A DNA stretch of 64,000 nucleotides from Opitutia bacterium Tous-C1TDCM (GTDB lineage: Bacteria > Verrucomicrobiota > Verrucomicrobiia > Opitutales > Opitutaceae): the NCBI GenBank assembly GCA_002288455.1, contig NEUS01000005.1, forward strand, positions 6 through 64,005. Reading direction: 5' to 3'. Positions 57,671 to 64,000 of the stretch are shown here, piece after piece (positions within the stretch are counted from its first letter, which is position 1; every line of letters begins with the position of its first letter). A program made the translations under genes and the position numbers. Under the pieces are notes generated by a model. The model saw nothing but the letters and a program-made list of their open reading frames with translations, did not search any database and was not told where the DNA came from.

Positions 57671-58420
57671 ATGGCCACGCAGGAACTCTACGTCCGCAAC
57701 GCGAATGAATCCGAGGCCCGCGGGCCCTTCAGCGTGCAGCAGGTGGCCGACTTGGCCGAAACCGGCCAGCTCACGCCCGAGTCGCTGGTTTACGATGCCG
57801 CCACGGAGCAATGGGTAACGATCGAGTCGAATCCCGAACTTAAAGCCGCGATTTTCCCGGAAAAGAAGAAACTCGCCCTGAAGGCGAAGGAGATCAAAAC
57901 GCTCAACAAGTCCGAGGAGGACGCCAAGCCGATCACGGTAAGCGATATGCTCGATGCCGCCGAAGGGCGCAGCGAGGACACCAAGGGCAAGGCCGATCCC
58001 GAAATTGCCATGGCCCGCGCGGCCAAGATCGGCATGATCGGTGCCATCGTCACGCTCGTCGCCGCCGCGGCCGAGGAACTCTTGCCCGGTCTGGATGCAC
58101 TCTTCTCGATGGATCCGGCCAAGTTGATCGCCCATCCCCTCGTCTTTCTCGGGCTCATCGACCTCGCCCTCGCCGCCGCCCTCGGCCTCGGCATGTCCAC
58201 GATGTATCCGGTCGTCCGGTTTCGCGCCGCCCTCGGTCTCGGTCTCATGGGCTTCATGTACTTTGCCCAAGGCGCGGGTCCGGAACTGACCGCCCTCGTC
58301 GTCGGCTCCGTGGGCCTCTACTGCAGCACCATTTTCGTCAGCCTGATCCCGGCGGCCGCCGCGGTCGCTGCCGGCGTCGGCGGCATGGGCTTCCTCGCCT
58401 GGCGCCTGCTCGCCGGCTGA
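57671..58420 (+). CDS. GYF_2/DUF4339-domain membrane protein
   Basis: YVR.....RGPFS..V..L..TGQLTPESLVY....EQW, followed by several TM helices. Confidence 0.8.
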   Translation: MATQELYVRNANESEARGPFSVQQVADLAETGQLTPESLVYDAATEQWVTIESNPELKAAIFPEKKKLALKAKEIKTLNKSEEDAKPITVSDMLDAAEGRSEDTKGKADPEIAMARAAKIGMIGAIVTLVAAAAEELLPGLDALFSMDPAKLIAHPLVFLGLIDLALAAALGLGMSTMYPVVRFRAALGLGLMGFMYFAQGAGPELTALVVGSVGLYCSTIFVSLIPAAAAVAAGVGGMGFLAWRLLAG

Positions 58421-58424
58421 GCCC

Positions 58425-59993
58425 GTGGCCGCCCCCCTGCACGCTCCGGCGGGCCAGCCCGCCCGGCCCCCGACGCTCCGGGCCAAACTCGCCCACATCT
58501 ACCAGCGCGGGATCTGGCAATCCGCGTTTCTCGACGAGCGTTCCCTCAAGGGCCGCTGCTACGCCTTCCTCCGCGTCCTCTCGATCACGATCACCGTGTT
58601 CGGGGAATCCCGGATCGCCAGCCGGGCCGCCGCCCTGAGTTTCAGTTCCTTGCTCGGCCTCGGTCCGATCATCGCGATCACCGTGCTCGTTTCCGGCTTC
58701 GCCCTCGGCAACAACAGCAACCCGCGGCTCGTCGCCGAAACCTTGAACCGGATGCTCAAGGTCATCGCCCCCCAGATCCAGCAGTACGAGGCACTCGACG
58801 CCACCCCGGCCGCCGCCGGCCAGGCGCAGGTCGCCGGGACCGCCGATCCGCAGGTCAATCCCCAGTTGGTCGACTTCATCGACAACGTCGTCCGCGCCTC
58901 CCGTTCCGGCTCCGCCGGTGTGCTCGGGGTTTTCTCGCTGCTCGTGATCGTGCTGCTCCTGTTCAAGTCGATCGAGGACACGTTCAACGACATCTGGGGC
59001 GTGCGCCAGGGCCGGTCCTTGCTCGCGCGGATCATGTTCTACTGGACCGTGCTCACGCTCGGGGCCGTGCTGTTCTTCTCGTCCGTCGCGCTCCTCGGCG
59101 CCGGCACCTTCCTCAGCGTCTTCATGGAGAAGCTGCCCATCGGCGCCCAATGGGTGCGTTCCCTCGGCCTCGCCCTGCCCGCGTTCTCTTTCACGATGCT
59201 CACGATCGTGCTCACGCTGTTCTACCGCGTGATCCCCAACACCCGCGTCTTCTGGCGGGCCGCGTTGATCGGCGCCCTCGTGGTCGCGGCGCTCCTGGTC
59301 CTGAACAACCTCGTCGCCTTCCTCTACGCCCGCCGCGTGCTCCTCGAGAAAAGCCTCTACGGCAGCCTCGCCCTCCCGCTGGTCGTGATGTCCGGCCTCT
59401 ACATCGTGTGGCTCTGCGTGCTCACCGGCGGCATCGTCAGCTACGCCGTCCAAAACGTCCATTTCCGCAACAGCCAGGCCGCCTGGAGCACGCTCACCGA
59501 GTCGATGCGCGAACGCCTCGCCCTCGTCGTTTTCCTCACGATCTGCCGCCGTTTCCGCGATTGCCTCCCGCCGATTTCCGCGTCGCAGCTCAGCACGCTG
59601 CTCCGGGTGCCGACCCAGCTGCTCAACGAATGCCTCAACCGCCTCGTGCTGATGCAACTCGTCGCCGCGCTCCGCCCCGATCCCGGCGCCACCGCGGCCG
59701 ACGCGCTTTTCCAACCCGCCCGGCCCCTCAATCGGATCACGCTCTACGATTTCAAGACCCTCGACGACAATTTCGGCGAAGACCCTATCGGCTGCGCCCT
59801 CGAACGCATCGACCCGCTCGTCGCGCACTACGACGCCGCCCTCGGCCGCCTCGGCGACCAGCCGTTCTTCCGGCAGACGATGGACGAACTCTTCGACGCC
59901 TACCCGTTCGAGGAATCCCGCCCGCCTTTCGCCATGGGCGAACGGCCCGCCGACCGGACCGCCACGGCCCCCGTGCCGACGCCGCGGGCCTGA
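58425..59993 (+). CDS. YihY/BrkB family membrane protein with C-terminal Rrf2-like HTH
   Basis: RAAALSFSSLL, IEDTFNDIW, FYW, YRVIPNTRV, YGSLA.P; C-terminal helix-turn-helix-like segment and QPARP. Confidence 0.88.
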   Translation: MAAPLHAPAGQPARPPTLRAKLAHIYQRGIWQSAFLDERSLKGRCYAFLRVLSITITVFGESRIASRAAALSFSSLLGLGPIIAITVLVSGFALGNNSNPRLVAETLNRMLKVIAPQIQQYEALDATPAAAGQAQVAGTADPQVNPQLVDFIDNVVRASRSGSAGVLGVFSLLVIVLLLFKSIEDTFNDIWGVRQGRSLLARIMFYWTVLTLGAVLFFSSVALLGAGTFLSVFMEKLPIGAQWVRSLGLALPAFSFTMLTIVLTLFYRVIPNTRVFWRAALIGALVVAALLVLNNLVAFLYARRVLLEKSLYGSLALPLVVMSGLYIVWLCVLTGGIVSYAVQNVHFRNSQAAWSTLTESMRERLALVVFLTICRRFRDCLPPISASQLSTLLRVPTQLLNECLNRLVLMQLVAALRPDPGATAADALFQPARPLNRITLYDFKTLDDNFGEDPIGCALERIDPLVAHYDAALGRLGDQPFFRQTMDELFDAYPFEESRPPFAMGERPADRTATAPVPTPRA

Positions 59994-60156
59994 GCCCAAA
60001 GTCGCGGGCAGGGAACGCTCCGATTTCCGGACCTCCGCGCCGCCAGCGATTCCGGATCCGGGCAACCGTTCCGCCCGCGGGGCCGTCCGTCGCGCCTCGC
60101 TGCGAATTCACCCTTGCCACTCCGGAGGCCCGACCTAGCTTCTCCCCTTTTCCCCT

Positions 60157-61833
60157 ATGATCACCTGGATCCAGCGCTATTTCCAGAGCCACTTTAAGGC
60201 CATCTTCGCGGTGCTGCTCGCCGTCATCATCGTCTCCTTCGTCTTCACGATCGGAGCGGCGCCGGGCATCGGCGACGGCAGCCGTCGCGGGCTCAGCGAC
60301 CGGCCGTTCTTCAAGTACAACCTCGCCCTCGAAAAGGACCAGGAACGCCTCATGGGCGACGCCGGCCTCAGCGCCAACCTCCGCGTCGGCGCCTTCGGCG
60401 GCCTCGATTCCGCGCAGATCCAGAACTACGCGTTCCAGCGCGCCGCGGCCCTGCACCTCGCCGACCTCTGGCACATCCCGGCCGCCACCGCCGCCGAGAT
60501 CGAGACCCAGATCAAGACCCTGCGCATGTTCTCGGACCCCACCGGCCAGTTCGACGCCAAGGCGTATCAGACTTTCCGCGACAACTTGAAAGCCAACGCC
60601 CGCGGCGTGACCGAGGCCGACATCGCCCGGATCGTCAGCGACGACGTCCGCGCCGAAAAGGTGAACAACCTGCTCGCCGGTCCCGGCTACGTCCTGCCCG
60701 CCGACATCAAGAACCAGCTTTCCCGCGCCGACACGTCCTGGACCGTCGCCACCGCCACCGTCAGCTACGCCGACTTCAAACCCGAGATCAAACCGACCGA
60801 CGCCGAGCTCACGCAGTTCTTCGAACAGGCCGGCGGCCGCTACGACATCCCGCCCCGCATCGTCGTCAGCTACCTCGACTTCTCGGTCACGCAATACATC
60901 GCCGCCGTGACCGTCGGCGACGCCGAAGTCCGCGCCTTCTACGACGCCAACCCCGCGCGTTTCCCGAAGCCGGCCGACGCCAAGGGCCCGCCCGCCGCCC
61001 TCGCCGCCACGGACGCCAACGCCGACTTCAACGCCGTGCGCGCCCAGGTCGAAATGTCCCTCAAAGTCGAACGCGCCCGCAACCTCGCCGCCAAGGCCGC
61101 CGCCGATTTCGCCCACGATCTTTACGTCGCCAAAGCCACAACCCCCGCGGCGATCGAGAACTTCATCGCCAGCCGCAAGGTCGCCCCGAAGGCCATCGCC
61201 CCGTTCGCGCGCGACGAAGCCCCGGCCGAGCTCGGCCGCTCCCCGGAGGCCGCCACCGAAGCGTTCCGCCTCGGGAAGGACCGCCTCGTCTCCGACGCCG
61301 TCGCCGTCCCCACCGGGGCCGTGATTTTGCTCTGGAAGGATCTGCAGCCGACCCGCAAGCCGCTCTTCTCCGAAATCCGCGAGCGCGTCGCCGCCGACTT
61401 TGCCGAAAATGAAAAGCGCAAGCGCTTCGTCGAACTCGGCCGCAGCGCCAAGAGCCAGCTCGAAGCCCGGCTCAAGGCCGGCGACGCCTTCGACAAGGCC
61501 GCCGCCGCCGTCGCCGCCGCCACCGGTCTGAAGTTCGAGACGAAGTCCCTGTCCGCCTTCACGCTGCGCGATCGTCCCCAGGATCTCGACTTCACCGTCA
61601 TCGGCTCCCTTGAGCGCCTCGAAAAAGGCCAGGTCTCCGATCTTTCGGTCAACGCCGATACCGGCGTCTTCGTCTACGCGGCCGACAAGAAATTGCCCGA
61701 TCTTTCCGAAGCCAATCCGCGCTACGCCGAGACCCGCACGCAGCTTGCCAGCTTCACCGGCCGCCTCGGCGCCTCCGCCTACATTTCCGAACTCGTCGAA
61801 CAGGAACTCAAAAAGTCGGAACCCAAGTCCTGA
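60157..61833 (+). CDS. PpiD/SurA-like membrane-anchored periplasmic chaperone
   Basis: N-terminal MITWIQ...IIVSFVF anchor, FSDPTGQFD..AY..F, PTDAEL..FF segments. Confidence 0.8.
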   Translation: MITWIQRYFQSHFKAIFAVLLAVIIVSFVFTIGAAPGIGDGSRRGLSDRPFFKYNLALEKDQERLMGDAGLSANLRVGAFGGLDSAQIQNYAFQRAAALHLADLWHIPAATAAEIETQIKTLRMFSDPTGQFDAKAYQTFRDNLKANARGVTEADIARIVSDDVRAEKVNNLLAGPGYVLPADIKNQLSRADTSWTVATATVSYADFKPEIKPTDAELTQFFEQAGGRYDIPPRIVVSYLDFSVTQYIAAVTVGDAEVRAFYDANPARFPKPADAKGPPAALAATDANADFNAVRAQVEMSLKVERARNLAAKAAADFAHDLYVAKATTPAAIENFIASRKVAPKAIAPFARDEAPAELGRSPEAATEAFRLGKDRLVSDAVAVPTGAVILLWKDLQPTRKPLFSEIRERVAADFAENEKRKRFVELGRSAKSQLEARLKAGDAFDKAAAAVAAATGLKFETKSLSAFTLRDRPQDLDFTVIGSLERLEKGQVSDLSVNADTGVFVYAADKKLPDLSEANPRYAETRTQLASFTGRLGASAYISELVEQELKKSEPKS

Positions 61834-61953
61834 TTCGGGCCCCGGTCCGGCCGCCGCCGTTGGTCCGCCGCCGCCGCCGCCGATCCCGCCCGTGCCGCCG
61901 TTCGTGCAGCACGGGCTTTTCACGCCCGCCGTTTCCGGCCAACCTGCTCCGCG

Positions 61954-62202
61954 ATGCCCCTCCGCCGCTACCGCCCCGCCTCGGCCCCGTGCCGGCTCTG
62001 TGGCGACGGCTTCGAGCATCGGGCAGCCGCGGATGCCGCGCCGTTGGCGACCTGCCCGACCTGCGGGCAAAGCGTCCTGGCCGACCCGATTCAGCCGGTA
62101 AATTCTCCGAAACTTTCGGCCCCACTTTCCGTCTCGCGCGCCAGACAGGCAGGATTCACCGTCCTGAAGCGCACCCCCGGGGGTGAGTTCGAAAGACAGT
62201 AA
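61954..62202 (+). CDS. FmdB-family zinc-ribbon protein
   Basis: MP...Y..CRLC..GFE...PLATCPTCG. Confidence 0.75.
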   Translation: MPLRRYRPASAPCRLCGDGFEHRAAADAAPLATCPTCGQSVLADPIQPVNSPKLSAPLSVSRARQAGFTVLKRTPGGEFERQ

Positions 62203-62263
62203 CTTTCGAACCCATTCCGTGTTCTTCATCGTCCGCGCCGCTCCTCCACTTTCTCCATCCGAC

Positions 62264-63784
62264 ATGTCCCGCCCTATCGCCCGCGCTCTGCTCGCCCTTT
62301 GCCTGCCCTTCGGCAGCGTTTTCGCCCAAGCCCCGGCCGCCGCCCCGGACGCCGCGCCCGCGAATGCGAAACCGTTCTCGCTCGAGGACGCGCTGGCCCT
62401 CGCGCTGAAGAAGAATTTCGATCTCCAGATCCAGGCCTTCGCGGTCGAAAACGCCAAAGACACCGTCTCGATCCAGGAAGCCGGTTTCGATCCGACGATC
62501 ACCGCGAACATCACCCGTTCCCTCTCGCAAAGCGCCTCGACCACCAGCCGGCTCGACGGCACCGCCACCACCGGCCCGCGCAACGACAACACCCAAATGC
62601 GGGTCGGCGCCCAGCTCCCGCGCATCCCGCAGACGAACGGCACGCTCAGCATCACGACCAACGTCACCCGCGGCGGCACCAACTCCGTCAACGCGCTCGT
62701 CAACCCGAGCTACACCAACAGCATCAGCGCCAATCTCAACCAGCCGCTCCTCCGCGACGCCGGCAAGAAAGCCGCCAACGCCTCGCTCGACCGCGCCCGG
62801 CTCGGCCTGAACATCGCGAACCTGAACTACAAGAGCCGGGTGCTCACCCTCATCTACGACACCGAGATCGCGTACTACAATCTGGTGACGGCCCGCGAAA
62901 CACTCCGCATCCGCCGGCTCACCCTCGAGTACAACCAGAAGTTCCTCGACGAAAACAAGGCCCGCCGCACCACCGGCGTCGCCACCGACCTCGATGTGCT
63001 TTCCGCCGAAGTCCAGGTCGCCAACTCCCGCCGCGGCGTCATCCAGGCGGAGCAGTCGGTGAGCGATGCCGAGGATCGCCTCCTCAACCTGATCAACCTG
63101 CCCGATTTCGACGGCCGCATCGGACCCGTCGCCTTCGACGAATACAAAGCCGGGCCCCAGACCTTCGCCCAGTCCTACAAGCGCGCGCGTGAGTATTATC
63201 CGGATACGCTCTCCGCCGCGGAACAGATCCGCCAGCTCGAGATCGATCTCGAGACCGCGCGCCGCAACCGGAAGGCCGACCTCGATCTCATCGCGGGCCT
63301 CGGCTACTCCGGCCGCGCCACGAACGAGGGTTACCAGAAGGCCATTTCCAACCTGCCTTCGGACCACGGCAACAACTGGAACCTCGGCCTCAACTACTCC
63401 ATGCCCTGGGGCCAGCATGCGGACAAAGCCCGCTACCGCATCGCCCAGAGCAACCTGAGCTCCCAGAAGACCCGCCTCGAGCAGCTCGAGCAGAACCTGC
63501 TCGTCAACGTCCGCACCTCCGTGCGCGCCGTCGAATCCAACCGCGCCGCGGTCGAGATCGCCTCCAAAGCCACCGAGCTCGCCGCCCGCCAGTACGACCA
63601 GCAGAAGGCCCGCTTCGACGCCGGTCTTTCCACCAGCCGGCTCGTGCTGCTGGCGCAGGACGATCTCGAGACCGCCCGCTTCCAGGAACTCAGCGCCCGC
63701 CTCGCCCTCCGCCGCGCGGTCGCAGAGCTCCAGCGCCTCGAAGGCAGCTCGCTCGAGCGCTTCGGCGTCGCGCCCGGCCGGTAA
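62264..63784 (+). CDS. TolC family outer membrane protein
   Basis: Signal peptide, SLEDALALALKKN, QPLLR, AYYNL, G.AT.LDVL.A, ARFDAGLST. Confidence 0.9.
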   Translation: MSRPIARALLALCLPFGSVFAQAPAAAPDAAPANAKPFSLEDALALALKKNFDLQIQAFAVENAKDTVSIQEAGFDPTITANITRSLSQSASTTSRLDGTATTGPRNDNTQMRVGAQLPRIPQTNGTLSITTNVTRGGTNSVNALVNPSYTNSISANLNQPLLRDAGKKAANASLDRARLGLNIANLNYKSRVLTLIYDTEIAYYNLVTARETLRIRRLTLEYNQKFLDENKARRTTGVATDLDVLSAEVQVANSRRGVIQAEQSVSDAEDRLLNLINLPDFDGRIGPVAFDEYKAGPQTFAQSYKRAREYYPDTLSAAEQIRQLEIDLETARRNRKADLDLIAGLGYSGRATNEGYQKAISNLPSDHGNNWNLGLNYSMPWGQHADKARYRIAQSNLSSQKTRLEQLEQNLLVNVRTSVRAVESNRAAVEIASKATELAARQYDQQKARFDAGLSTSRLVLLAQDDLETARFQELSARLALRRAVAELQRLEGSSLERFGVAPGR

Positions 63785-63867
63785 CCCGCGCCCGGCCGTA
63801 TCCGCTCCGGGCGGACCGGGCAAATCCGCGCTCGCCCCGCCTTCCGCCGCCGCCTGTAGTCGCGGCC

Positions 63868-64000
63868 ATGTCCGCCGCTCTCCAGATCCGCCTGCTGCTT
63901 TGGCTGTGGTTCGGCGCCGCCTTCGCCGCCGGCCATTCCGGCTGGCTCGCCCGGATGCCGCCGACCGCCCTGCCCGGTTTGGCCCTCGTGCTCGCGGCCG
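63868..64000 (+). CDS. N-terminus of a hypothetical membrane protein (partial)
   Basis: MSAALQIRLLLWLWFGAAFAAGHSGWLARMPPTALPGLALVLAA runs off the window. Confidence 0.5.
   Translation, partial: MSAALQIRLLLWLWFGAAFAAGHSGWLARMPPTALPGLALVLAA

Overview
High-GC core-genome window, most likely from an Opitutaceae-like verrucomicrobium. That assignment is an inference from the very large Opitutus-type TonB receptor, the LpxC-FabZ fusion, the LysM gene inside the dcw cluster and the absence of L30. The window holds a complete minus-strand str-S10-spc-alpha ribosomal superoperon (rpsL to rplQ; no tuf, rpmD, infA or rpmJ in place), a dcw cluster (mraZ to ftsZ), lpxC-fabZ/lpxA, efp, hisI, argS, lnt, puuD and several envelope genes. 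No rRNA, tRNA, CRISPR array, transposase or prophage was seen. The most striking signal is in the dcw cluster. murC and murD are absent, with short possible scars where they normally sit. MurE has lost core catalytic motifs and FtsZ has Thr in place of the catalytic T7-loop Asp, while MurB, Ddl, MurF, MraY, MurG, FtsW and FtsI look intact. This points either to relocated genes or to a non-canonical or eroding peptidoglycan pathway. Other notable items are three further apparent pseudoenzymes (Adk-like, thymidine-phosphorylase-like and a transmembrane Mrr-like protein), a secreted-protein gene inserted into the S10 operon, heptamer-periodic intergenic palindromes, candidate RNA leaders, and SD motifs largely confined to some r-protein genes. 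All calls come from motif reading by eye; no searches were run.
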